IMG/VR virus record: IMGVR_UViG_2648501669_000017
Reading direction: 5' to 3' (one strand)
DNA: 26,325 nucleotides
DNA from: a virus
Lineage: Duplodnaviria > Heunggongvirae > Uroviricota > Caudoviricetes
Made by a program: the position numbers and the translations under genes. The notes beneath the pieces are model-generated. The model had not been told where the DNA came from, made no database searches, and saw only the letters and a program-made list of their open reading frames with translations. Every line of letters begins with the position of its first letter. The stretch's first letter is position 1. Positions 9,300-17,265 of the stretch are shown one piece after another.

Positions 9300-9328
9300 T
9301 ATCCCGTCTGCACACGGGAGCAACATTA

Positions 9329-10195
9329 TTAACGAATAGTGTCGTTACTTTGAAGTACAGCAAATGCCATTAATACTTCTAAAGTATATCTTCTATAAAA
9401 TTTAACAAAACCAACATAGAAAACATAGACGAAGAAAAAGCTAAGCATTATTGAAAGTAAACTATAAAGATAATCACTATGAGTACATAATCGATAAATA
9501 AAGGTTGGAACTGATACCCAAAATGAAATTATAAAGATTAAACATATGTTTCTGCAAAAACCATATAATGCAACATAGTTTTGAATTTTTGTTTGATGTT
9601 GTTTTGAAAACTCATAAACATAATGATATGCCAATCTGAAGAGATCATCATCAAGTCCGTTTTTATCTTGTAATAATTGGCGATTTGTTATGAACTTTTT
9701 CTCATAACCTTCTTTGATCATTAACCATGTTGTATTAGCTAAATGAAATGGTAGAGATTGAGAATAACATAGTTTTTGTGTTGTAAAATCCCATAGTATT
9801 ATTGGGCATAATACGCATTTGATTATGCGATTCTTTATTTTTGTTTTTTTATCAGCGCTTCTCTCATCGCATGATGGGCTACAAATGCTTTCTGAGGTAT
9901 CTATCAATTTTTTAAATAGATATTTGGAAGGATATCCTAATTCTTTATTCATGTGTTTTTCGATAAAAAATGCTGACGTGATAGAAATAAAATGTCCAGC
10001 TATATAAGATATAATAACTATTGAAGCGTAGTTCAAAATGCCAAAGATTTGACTTTGACCTCTGAGCAATTCACTTAAGTCAATAACAATATCTAGATCG
10101 AATGTCAAACCACAGAAATACATTAATAGGATAAAAAAACCACCTGGTATTAAATATCCAAGAAAGTCATAGAATGAGAATGGATTTTGATTCAT
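9329..10195 (-). CDS. Hypothetical polytopic membrane protein (about 4 TM helices, two at each end), very AT-rich cargo gene
   Basis: ORF 9329-10219; the first in-frame ATG is at 10195 with GGAGAG 6 nt upstream; hydrophobic segments FLGYLIPGGFFILLMYFCGLTF, IFGILNYASIVIISYIAGHFISI, ICLIFIISFWVSVPTFIY, LYSLLSIMLSFFFVYVFYVGFV; no motif recognised. Confidence 0.6.
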   Translation of the reverse strand: MNQNPFSFYDFLGYLIPGGFFILLMYFCGLTFDLDIVIDLSELLRGQSQIFGILNYASIVIISYIAGHFISITSAFFIEKHMNKELGYPSKYLFKKLIDTSESICSPSCDERSADKKTKIKNRIIKCVLCPIILWDFTTQKLCYSQSLPFHLANTTWLMIKEGYEKKFITNRQLLQDKNGLDDDLFRLAYHYVYEFSKQHQTKIQNYVALYGFCRNICLIFIISFWVSVPTFIYRLCTHSDYLYSLLSIMLSFFFVYVFYVGFVKFYRRYTLEVLMAFAVLQSNDTIR

Positions 10196-10303
10196 TGTTG
10201 CTCTCCAATAATTGTTCAATTTGTAATATAACCTATATCTATATGTTAATAAATTACTTATATGTTCTTTTATGGCAGAGTTTGAATTCGTACGTGCTGA
10301 TTT

Positions 10304-10828
10304 TTACGACTCAGTTAACTCTTTAAAGCGTTCCATAAACATCCCATAGGTATGGCCTGGCGACAGTGGAATAACTTTGAACATCTCTGTTGCCGGGATA
10401 CCTTCCAGTACGGGCCAGAAAGAGCCATCATCAAGCCCGAGATCGCGGCGTTCGGTTGCCAGCATGATGAGATCGGCATATTTCACGGGCGTACTCATAA
10501 CCGGGGGTAACCCGTATTTCTCACGGATTACGGCGTCTATTTTTTCTTCCATCCGTTTATAGTCAGGAAGAAGGCGTTTCAGTGGAGCCGGGATATCCTG
10601 GCAATACGCTTCTGTTGCATCATGCATTAACGCTTCAAAAGCAAATTCCTGCGGTACCAGCTGGCTGCAAAGCACCGCATGTTGGGCGACGCTGTAGAAG
10701 TGTGAAAGATGGCCGGCAAAGCGACAGATATTTGAAAGGGAAACCGCGATATCGTTAATATCGATGTTGTCTTTATTTATCCTGTCATAATAAAAATGTT
10801 TCCCGGAAAAAGTTTTAATAAATGACAT
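10304..10828 (-). CDS. HD-domain phosphohydrolase, YfdR-like putative 5'-deoxynucleotidase
   Basis: ATG 10828 with GGAG 8 nt upstream (track start 10840 is GTG); H...HD metal-binding motifs (FYSVAQHAV, LMHDATEAY); size and motifs match my recollection of CPS-53 prophage YfdR. Confidence 0.7.
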   Translation of the reverse strand: MSFIKTFSGKHFYYDRINKDNIDINDIAVSLSNICRFAGHLSHFYSVAQHAVLCSQLVPQEFAFEALMHDATEAYCQDIPAPLKRLLPDYKRMEEKIDAVIREKYGLPPVMSTPVKYADLIMLATERRDLGLDDGSFWPVLEGIPATEMFKVIPLSPGHTYGMFMERFKELTES

Positions 10829-10956
10829 TTTATTCTCCACGTTATATGCGCTGCATCGCGCTGAATTTTGGTTAAAGAAAACCCTCGCCTTCAGGCGATT
10901 ATTGAGTCAATTACGTTTCCATAAATGCCCCCGCAGGGGCATTTGCAGTAATGAAA

Positions 10957-11781
10957 TCAGGCGGTGAAAGTCCCAATAAAGGTTTCTACTTTGCTGTCCT
11001 TGAATTTCTCAACAAGCAGATCACGAAATTCGTTAGCCATATCTTCCTGCACCGCTTCCAGCTGAATAATGCGCAGAACCAGTACAGGACGATCGCCAGT
11101 GATAATGCTGAGGCGTAATTTAAACGGACGTTCTTTCAGACCTTCAAACGGAACGCATTTAAACTCAAATGCCACTGGCATAATGTCTTTGGTCTTCGCT
11201 TCGACAGACTCCATCAGGGAGCGTTTGCCGCTGAAGTCATTATCTTCAAAATCAGCTGTCTGGTTTGCTTCAATCGTGATTTTACGGACCGCCGCAGCCG
11301 CTTTTGTTGCCTGAATGGTGTCACCATTAGCATCAAAGCCCACAAGATAGTCGGCCCAGTCTTCAATCCATTCTGCCAGTGACTTCTGGGAGTTACGCTC
11401 GCCGTTAACAGACAACAGAGCAGAGAACGGTGCTGTCTTTTTCAGTTTGAGTGTGGCGGTGTTATCTGCGTGACCTGGTTCATCAATAGTACCCAGGTTA
11501 AGCACACTGACGGCACGCATATTATCAGCATCGATAAAGCAGCGGGTGCCTTCATCTGCAAGATCTTTAGAATAACGGGTAAAGTCATCGATGCTGGCAG
11601 TGGAAAGCGCACCACGGAAACGGAAGCGATTTAAATTAAATTTTTCCAGATCATGAATGCGGAAATTCTCAGGCAATGCCACAGCATCGGCACCAATCTT
11701 ACTGATAATTTCATTAACACCCTGAGCAGAAATAAGGGCATGGATTTGATTAATTGCGGTTGCGTCTAAGTTCTGAGACAT
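10957..11781 (-). CDS. Conserved phage protein, YfdQ-like (DUF2303-type), 274 aa
   Basis: ATG 11781 with GAGGA 7 nt upstream; length and position upstream of the YfdR-like gene match the CPS-53 yfdP-yfdQ-yfdR arrangement as recalled; no catalytic motif identified. Confidence 0.6.
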   Translation of the reverse strand: MSQNLDATAINQIHALISAQGVNEIISKIGADAVALPENFRIHDLEKFNLNRFRFRGALSTASIDDFTRYSKDLADEGTRCFIDADNMRAVSVLNLGTIDEPGHADNTATLKLKKTAPFSALLSVNGERNSQKSLAEWIEDWADYLVGFDANGDTIQATKAAAAVRKITIEANQTADFEDNDFSGKRSLMESVEAKTKDIMPVAFEFKCVPFEGLKERPFKLRLSIITGDRPVLVLRIIQLEAVQEDMANEFRDLLVEKFKDSKVETFIGTFTA

Positions 11782-11846
11782 AATAAGTCCTCACTATATA
11801 AAGATATTCAGTGATGAGATAAATAATCAGTTAATTAAGAACGATA

Positions 11847-12209
11847 TTAATGACCTGCTGCGCGGAGTTTTCCGTCAGGTTCACCGGCAAGAGTCAGTAA
11901 TTGTCCCTGGTCTTCCTGCAGAATAGTCAGGCGACCACCGCGATTGACATACATCGGCGTTTCGGTGGTGTCTTCTTCGGAAATTTTCCCGCGGTTAGTC
12001 GGGCGAACATATGAGAGTTTGTGTTTGATTTTCACACGGTTCTCATCAAACGGTTCGATTTCCAGGTTGAGCGAGACCTTACCTTTGGTTTTCGTGTTCA
12101 TCACACCGGAAGCGACTTCACTGAGAACTGCGCCGATTTTGGTTTCAAATACGCCGCCGTCCAGCTCCCCGATAAATGCCTGCACATCAGTACTGCGTTC
12201 GCTAGCCAT
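11847..12209 (-). CDS. Hypothetical phage protein (first gene of the leftward early operon; yfdP-position)
   Basis: ORF 11847-12440 on the track, but the credible start is ATG 12209 (MASERSTDVQAFIGEL...) with GGGAG 7 nt upstream; the upstream extension is low-complexity. Confidence 0.5.
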   Translation of the reverse strand: MASERSTDVQAFIGELDGGVFETKIGAVLSEVASGVMNTKTKGKVSLNLEIEPFDENRVKIKHKLSYVRPTNRGKISEEDTTETPMYVNRGGRLTILQEDQGQLLTLAGEPDGKLRAAGH

Positions 12210-12257
12210 TTTGCTGCTCCCCATCATATCGACCCTGCAAGGTCGGTTGGTTTCTCC

Positions 12258-12346
12258 ACAAAACAGAGAAGAACACCTGCGGTGACTGCCGCCCGGATGG
12301 ATTGGGTTATGAGCCCGTCGTCCGGTGATGCTCTTCTCTGTTTTGT
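12258..12346. repeat. Perfect 15-bp inverted repeat (ACAAAACAGAGAAGA / TCTTCTCTGTTTTGT) flanking a 59-nt GC-rich spacer in the leader of the leftward early operon
   Basis: Direct reading: arms at 12258-12272 and 12332-12346. Confidence 0.7.
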
Positions 12347-12817
12347 AAAAAGAGCGGTACCAGCCGGAAGCAAGGGTACAAACTGGTACCGCCAAAGCAG
12401 TGGCTGTTGTGGTGGGGTTGTCACTCAGGCGTATGGTCAACCTGACAATCCGGTGTCCTCAACGGGGAAAGAGTAACCCCGCCATACTTACCGCCGCGCC
12501 ATTTCGCGGATTACCACAACGCTGAGAGCACTTAGCCAGTTACGGCACCACACTTTGTCGCGGCTCCATAAATGCCCTCATCGTTGCACCCTGGTCTCTT
12601 CCCAGGCGTCAAACCGAATCGCCACGCTGGTTAGGCGTCTTATCAGCATCATCATTGACTTGCACATTCCGGCTACCTGGTTTGTTTGCCCGAGCAAGGA
12701 GTGGATTGTCCCCTTTAACGTCCCCAGACCGCTAACGACGCATGTGCCATACGCCGTGTTACAACCAAATTTTGTTAGTACCTTGTTTGTTTGTCTGGAA
12801 AGAAAGATAAAATGAAG

Positions 12818-12856
12818 TTGCGCATTATGCAAGTGTTTTTGTTGCGAGATATGCAA
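12818..12856. promoter_or_regulatory. Putative oL operators / pL region: two 15-bp sites TTGCGCATTATGCAA and TTGCGAGATATGCAA
   Basis: Both share the TTGCG-N4-WWGCAA pattern with a site in the cI-cro intergenic region (13625-13639); they lie downstream of the cI terminator and upstream of the leftward operon. Confidence 0.45.
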
Positions 12857-12873
12857 TTTAAAGGGTAATGAAA

Positions 12874-12891
12874 AGCCACCTTTGGGTGGCT
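12874..12891 (-). terminator. Rho-independent terminator downstream of cI (minus strand)
   Basis: AGCCACC-tttg-GGTGGCT stem-loop followed on the minus strand by a U-rich tract (TTTTCATTACCCTTTAAATT). Confidence 0.6.
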
Positions 12892-12911
12892 AATTGATGA
12901 GGAGGTAAGGG

Positions 12912-13604
12912 TTAATTGTGTCGCTTAAGGGTTTGTGACTGGCTGATTAAGACCTTTCCAAAGACCATAAACCGGTGTTCATTTTCGCTGGTAATTCCCC
13001 ATTCACGGTAAATCTGGTTATCAGAAATCACCAGTAGTTTGTCAGGTATCATTTGCAGTCGTTTGACATAAATTTTATCATCAAAACCAAATACATAGAT
13101 ACCATCTCCATCAAACTGATTGATACTGACATCAACGAAGATGAGATCTCCTGGCTCAATGGTTGGACACATACTGTCCCCACGAACGTTGATAACTTTA
13201 ATGTGATTGGCTGGCCGTCCGCCAAACATCGATACAGCATTATCAGTTCTGTATTCAATGGCATGAATCACATCAATGACATCACCGCCCTGGATAAGGC
13301 CATTTCCCGCACTGGCACTGACATCCAGCATTTCAATACGGAATACATCCTTCACCTGCGCAACATCCTCACTAATACTGTTTTTACATACAGTATTACT
13401 TTTGACGTCTGAGGTAAAGAGATCAGCAATATCAACACCTAAGCTCCTGGCAATATTACTCAGGGCTTGTTCAGTGAATTGTTTCTGCTTACCTGTTTCC
13501 AGGCGTGAGATATTCGCCGCATCCACTCCTATTGCTTCAGCGAGATCGGCGATTTTCATGTTCTTCGCCTGGCGAAGTTGTCTGACTCGGTTTCCTATGT
13601 TCAT
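12912..13604 (-). CDS. cI: CI-type prophage repressor: N-terminal HTH (XRE family) + C-terminal S24 LexA-like autopeptidase domain
   Basis: 230 aa; HTH IADLAEAIGVDAANISRLETG; Ala-Gly at ...SASAGNG; Ser/Lys dyad motifs GDSM and YVKRL; divergent from cro; no Shine-Dalgarno before the ATG. Confidence 0.9.
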   Translation of the reverse strand: MNIGNRVRQLRQAKNMKIADLAEAIGVDAANISRLETGKQKQFTEQALSNIARSLGVDIADLFTSDVKSNTVCKNSISEDVAQVKDVFRIEMLDVSASAGNGLIQGGDVIDVIHAIEYRTDNAVSMFGGRPANHIKVINVRGDSMCPTIEPGDLIFVDVSINQFDGDGIYVFGFDDKIYVKRLQMIPDKLLVISDNQIYREWGITSENEHRFMVFGKVLISQSQTLKRHN

Positions 13605-13701
13605 GCGTTTATTACATTTCTTTATTGCGCGTTAAGCAAATCAACTTGCGCAAAATATTTGCGTGAAATAATATGCTCATCACGCAATATGTGGAGGTCA
13701 T
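13605..13701. promoter_or_regulatory. Immunity-region operator/promoter block (oR with PR and PRM)
   Basis: Clustered TTGCG / CGCAA half-sites (TTGCGCGTTAAGCAA at 13625-13639; TTGCGCAAAATATTTGCGTG at 13646-13665; CACGCAA at 13681-13687); candidate PR -35 TTGCGC (13646-13651) and -10 ATAATA (13669-13674) with 17-nt spacing upstream of the cro RBS GGAGG. Confidence 0.55.
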
Positions 13702-13962
13702 ATGCAATCACCATTACGGAATGTGCGTAAGGCGCACGGATTTACTTTGCAGCATGTTGCTGCTGGCGTTCAGGTCAATCCAGCGACGCTGAGTCGTATT
13801 GAAAGACTGGAACAAATTCCATCTATCGATCTTGCAGAACGTCTGGCCAATTTTTTTAAGGGTGAAATCAGCGAAATGCAGATTCTTTATCCGGCACGTT
13901 TTCAATCTAGCCAAAACCAGAATGGGTTTAAACCACAGGAACAGGAGGTAAGCCGTGGGTAA
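13702..13962 (+). CDS. cro: Cro-like HTH regulator (XRE family)
   Basis: 86 aa, HTH TLQHVAAGVQVNPATLSRIE; divergently transcribed from cI across the operator region; GGAGG 4 nt before the ATG. Confidence 0.8.
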   Translation: MQSPLRNVRKAHGFTLQHVAAGVQVNPATLSRIERLEQIPSIDLAERLANFFKGEISEMQILYPARFQSSQNQNGFKPQEQEVSRG

Positions 13963-14512
13963 TCATCACTGGAAAGTGGAAAAACAGCCTGAGTGGTACG
14001 TGAAAGCTGTCAGAAAAACTATCGCGGCGTTGCCGGGGGGTTACGCTGAAGCTGCTGAGTGGCTGGATGTAACAGAGAACGCATTATTTAACCGCCTTCG
14101 TGCCGATGGCGATCAGATTTTCCCGCTGGGATGGGCAATGATTTTACAACGTGCTGGTGGCACTCACTTCATTGCCGACGCTGTGGCGCAGTCTGCAAAT
14201 GGCGTCTTTGTGTCTCTTCCTGACGTCGAGGATGTGGACAATGCCGATATTAACCAGCGTTTACTGGAAGTCATTGAACAGATCGGCAGTTATTCAAAAC
14301 AGATTCGTTCGGCAATCGAAGACGGTGTAGTGGAACCGCATGAGAAGACAGCAATTAACGACGAGCTGTACCTCTCAATTTCGAAGCTGCAGGAGCATGC
14401 AGCACTTGTCTACAAAATTTTTTGCGTTTCAGAAAGTAATGACGCCCGCGAGTGTGCAGCTCCGGGCGTCGTGGCGTCGATTGCTTCTGGTTGTGGAGAA
14501 ACTAACGCATGA
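13955..14512 (+). CDS. CII-like / YdaT-type phage regulatory protein (putative)
   Basis: GTG 13955 preceded by AGGAGGT (5-nt spacing); 185 aa; occupies the cII position after cro; family assignment is by position and general resemblance only. Confidence 0.5.
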   Translation: MGNHHWKVEKQPEWYVKAVRKTIAALPGGYAEAAEWLDVTENALFNRLRADGDQIFPLGWAMILQRAGGTHFIADAVAQSANGVFVSLPDVEDVDNADINQRLLEVIEQIGSYSKQIRSAIEDGVVEPHEKTAINDELYLSISKLQEHAALVYKIFCVSESNDARECAAPGVVASIASGCGETNA

Positions 14513-14847
14513 ACAGTTTAACAACACACTACCGTCGCTCGCAACTGATTGCGCTTCCTGTACCGGGTGGAAAAGCGAAGGTGGAGTATTGCTATGCAGT
14601 AAATGTACCAGGTGACAGGGAAATTGTAACCCACAGCTTTGCTGAGTGGGCTGTGGGGGATTTCAACCGGCAGAAGGAGACAGTCCTTTGCGACAAGTTA
14701 ACCGCTGGTTCAAAGATCACTACGGAGTGCCCGTCAGAGTCATTCGTTGGGAGCCGGAAACACAACGGGTTATCTACCTCCGTGAAGGCTATGAGCATGA
14801 GTGCTTCAGCCCGCTCGAACAGTTTCGTCGTAAATTCAGGGAAATAG
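14509..14847 (+). CDS. Hypothetical protein; frame ambiguity with the overlapping ORF 14646-14867 (possible frameshift or a separate small gene starting at TTG 14688)
   Basis: ATG 14509 overlaps the upstream stop (ATGA coupling); the C-terminal half of this frame is Ser-rich and low-complexity, while the overlapping frame encodes protein-like ...[56 protein letters not shown] ending 11 nt into the O-like gene. Confidence 0.4.
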   Translation: MNSLTTHYRRSQLIALPVPGGKAKVEYCYAVNVPGDREIVTHSFAEWAVGDFNRQKETVLCDKLTAGSKITTECPSESFVGSRKHNGLSTSVKAMSMSASARSNSFVVNSGK

Positions 14848-14856
14848 AGGTCGGTC

Positions 14857-15798
14857 ATGAGCACTAAATTAACCGGCTATGTATGGGATGGTTGCGCTGC
14901 GTCAGGCATGAAATTATCCAGCGTGGCAATTATGGCCCGCCTGGCTGATTTCAGTAATGACGAAGGTGTGTGCTGGCCATCAATTGAAACTATTGCCCGT
15001 CAGATTGGCGCGGGGATGAGTACCGTCAGAACGGCTATCGCACGGCTGGAAGCAGAAGGCTGGTTAACGCGTAAGGCGCGTCGCCAGGGTAACCGCAATG
15101 CGTCGAATGTTTATCAGCTTAACGTTGCGAAGCTTCAGGCAGTGGCATTTTCTCAACTGTCAGATTCTGACCCGTCAAAATCTGACGCATCAAAATCTGA
15201 CACGTCAAAATTTGATGCGTCGAAATCTGGCAAAAAAGCGGGTTTTCACCCGTCAGAATCTGGCGGGGATCCGTCAGTAAAATCAAAACATGATCCGTCA
15301 GATAAAAAACCTTCTCGTCCGGACGCTTCGCAACCGGACACGCAGACGGCTGAACAGGATTTTTTAACTCGCCATCCTGATGCGGTTGTATTCAGCCCTA
15401 AAAAGCGCCAGTGGGGAACGCAGGATGATTTGACCTGCGCACAGTGGCTCTGGAAAAAAATCATTGCCCTGTACGAGCAGGCCGCCGAATGTGACGGCGA
15501 GGTGGTTCGTCCCAAAGAACCGAACTGGACAGCCTGGGCAAACGAAATTCGCCTGATGTGTGTGCAGGATGGTCGTACTCACAAACAAATCTGCGAGATG
15601 TACAGCCGCGTCAGCCGCGATCCGTTCTGGTGCCGTAACGTGCTCAGCCCGTCGAAGCTGCGGGAAAAATGGGATGAGCTTTCCCTGCGCTTATCGCCGT
15701 CCATCAGCACATACACAGAAAAACGCGAAGACCCGTATTTCAAATCCAGTTACGACAACGTGGACTACAGCCAGATCCCGGCAGGATTCAGGGGGTGA
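14857..15798 (+). CDS. Replication initiation protein (lambda O-like: N-terminal HTH iteron-binding domain, internal repeat region, C-terminal replisome-organiser domain)
   Basis: 313 aa; ATG 14857 after AGAGG; N-terminal wHTH (SSVAIMARLADFSNDEGVCWPSIETIARQIGAGMSTVRTAIARLEAEGW); internal SKSDx peptide repeats encoded by DNA iterons; position after cro/cII. Confidence 0.8.
   Translation: MSTKLTGYVWDGCAASGMKLSSVAIMARLADFSNDEGVCWPSIETIARQIGAGMSTVRTAIARLEAEGWLTRKARRQGNRNASNVYQLNVAKLQAVAFSQLSDSDPSKSDASKSDTSKFDASKSGKKAGFHPSESGGDPSVKSKHDPSDKKPSRPDASQPDTQTAEQDFLTRHPDAVVFSPKKRQWGTQDDLTCAQWLWKKIIALYEQAAECDGEVVRPKEPNWTAWANEIRLMCVQDGRTHKQICEMYSRVSRDPFWCRNVLSPSKLREKWDELSLRLSPSISTYTEKREDPYFKSSYDNVDYSQIPAGFRG
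15161..15263. repeat. Putative phage origin of replication: about four 14-15-bp iterons (consensus GTCAAAATCTGAC, each an internal GTCA...TGAC inverted repeat) inside the O-like gene
   Basis: Direct reading: GTCAAAATCTGAC (15174), ATCAAAATCTGAC (15189), GTCAAAATTTGAT (15203), GTCGAAATCTGGC (15218), flanked by degenerate copies, followed by an A-rich stretch. Confidence 0.6.
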
Positions 15799-16289
15799 GC
15801 ATGAGTCTTTTGAATGACGTTCAGAAATTCATTGAAGCCCATCCGGGGTGTACTTCCGGAGACATTGCGGATGCTTTTGCAGGTTACTCACGGCAGCGCG
15901 TTCTGCAGTCTGCAAGCAAGTTACGTCAGAGTGGGCGTGTGGCTCACCGTTGTGAAGGAGATACACGCAGACATTTCCCGCGCCTGACTGAGAGAGCGCA
16001 GGAGCCGGAACCACAACCAGTTCGTGAAACCAGACCTGTGCGCAATTTCTATGTCGGCACTAACGACCCGCGGGTGATTTTGTGCCTGACCCGCCAGGCG
16101 GAAGAACTGGAGTCCAGGGGCTTATACCGTCGTGCTGCAACGGTGTGGATGGCGGCATTCCGTGAAAGCCACTCCCAGCCAGAACGAAACAATTTTCTGG
16201 CGCGTCGTGAACGGTGTTTACGGAAAAGCAGTAAGCGGGCTGCATCAGGTGAAGAGTGGTATCTCTCAGGGAATTACGTGGGGGCTTAA
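15795..16289 (+). CDS. PerC-family-like transcriptional regulator with N-terminal winged-helix region
   Basis: 164 aa; start ATG overlaps the O-like stop; segment LESRGLYRRAATVWMAAF...ERNNFLARRERC resembles the conserved core of PerC/Pch activators as I recall them (QQGLWRRAARRW...C..RR.FC). Confidence 0.5.
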   Translation: MSMSLLNDVQKFIEAHPGCTSGDIADAFAGYSRQRVLQSASKLRQSGRVAHRCEGDTRRHFPRLTERAQEPEPQPVRETRPVRNFYVGTNDPRVILCLTRQAEELESRGLYRRAATVWMAAFRESHSQPERNNFLARRERCLRKSSKRAASGEEWYLSGNYVGA

Positions 16290-16942
16290 TGAGTAATAAA
16301 TATTGCCAGGCGCTGGCGGAACTGCGGAACAAACCAGCCCATGAACTGAAGGAAGTGGGCGATCAGTGGCGCACGCCGGACAACATTTTCTGGGGAATTA
16401 ACACTCTGTTTGGCCCGTTTGTTCTGGATCTGTTTACTGACGGTGATAACGCCAAATGTGCTGCGTATTACACGGCGGAAGACAACGCGCTGGCGCATGA
16501 CTGGTCAGAACGCCTTGCGGAGCTTAAAGGTGCTGCCTTTGGTAATCCCCCATACAGCCGCGCCAGTCAGCATGAGGGGCAATACATCACCGGCATGCGT
16601 TACATCATGAAGCATGCCAGTGCCATGCGTGATAAAGGCGGGCGCTATGTTTTCCTGATCAAAGCTGCCACCAGCGAAGTGTGGTGGCCGGAAGATGCAG
16701 ATCATATTGCTTTTATTCGCGGGCGTATTGGTTTTGAACTGCCTGCCTGGTTTATCCCGAAGGATGAGAAGCAGGTGCCGACAGGCGCTTTCTTCGCTGG
16801 TGCTATTGCTGTTTTCGACAAGACCTGGAAGGGACCGGCAATCAGCTACATCGGGCGCTATGAACTTGAGGCATGTGGTGAGGCCTTTCTGGCGCAGGTT
16901 CGCCAGCAGGCAGAAAAACTGGTCAGGGAGATGGCGGCATGA
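16289..16942 (+). CDS. Phage Dam-family N6-adenine DNA methyltransferase (YfdM-type)
   Basis: Start ATG 16289 overlaps the upstream TAA (TAATG); catalytic motif FGNPPYS; conserved WRTPD and DLFTDG segments typical of the phage N-6-adenine-methyltransferase family. Confidence 0.8.
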   Translation: MSNKYCQALAELRNKPAHELKEVGDQWRTPDNIFWGINTLFGPFVLDLFTDGDNAKCAAYYTAEDNALAHDWSERLAELKGAAFGNPPYSRASQHEGQYITGMRYIMKHASAMRDKGGRYVFLIKAATSEVWWPEDADHIAFIRGRIGFELPAWFIPKDEKQVPTGAFFAGAIAVFDKTWKGPAISYIGRYELEACGEAFLAQVRQQAEKLVREMAA

Positions 16943-17265
16943 CGACGTTAACTCAATGCCAGCAGCAGGTGCTGGATATGCTGATTTCTTATCAGAAAGA
17001 ACGTGGCTTCCCGCCAACCAATCAGGAGGTGGCAACCATGCTGGGATACCGTTCAGTGAATGCAGCGGTGGAGCATCTTCGCGCACTGGAGAAAAAAGGC
17101 GTCATCACGATAAAGCGTGGCGTGGCCCGGGGCATCACGCTTCATACCGCGGTGAAGGACGACGACAGCGAGGCGGTCGGGATTATCCGCTCACTGCTTG
17201 CCGGTGAGGAAAACGCAAGGCTGCGTGCAGCCCACTGGTTACATGAGAGGGGCCTGAAAGTATGA
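16939..17265 (+). CDS. LexA N-terminal DNA-binding-domain-like protein (winged helix), lacking a peptidase domain
   Basis: 108 aa; QQQVLDMLISYQKERGFPPTNQEVATMLGYRSVNAAVEHLRALEKKGVI parallels the LexA N-terminus ([50 protein letters not shown]); ATGA overlap with the upstream gene. Confidence 0.7.
   Translation: MTTLTQCQQQVLDMLISYQKERGFPPTNQEVATMLGYRSVNAAVEHLRALEKKGVITIKRGVARGITLHTAVKDDDSEAVGIIRSLLAGEENARLRAAHWLHERGLKV

Noticed and set aside
11944-12476. Overlapping ORFs on both strands in the early-left leader (11944-12285, 12021-12476, 12224-12424) and in 12555-12856
   Set aside because: Mutually overlapping, no RBS, low-complexity products; the region is better explained as a structured noncoding leader with operators and a terminator
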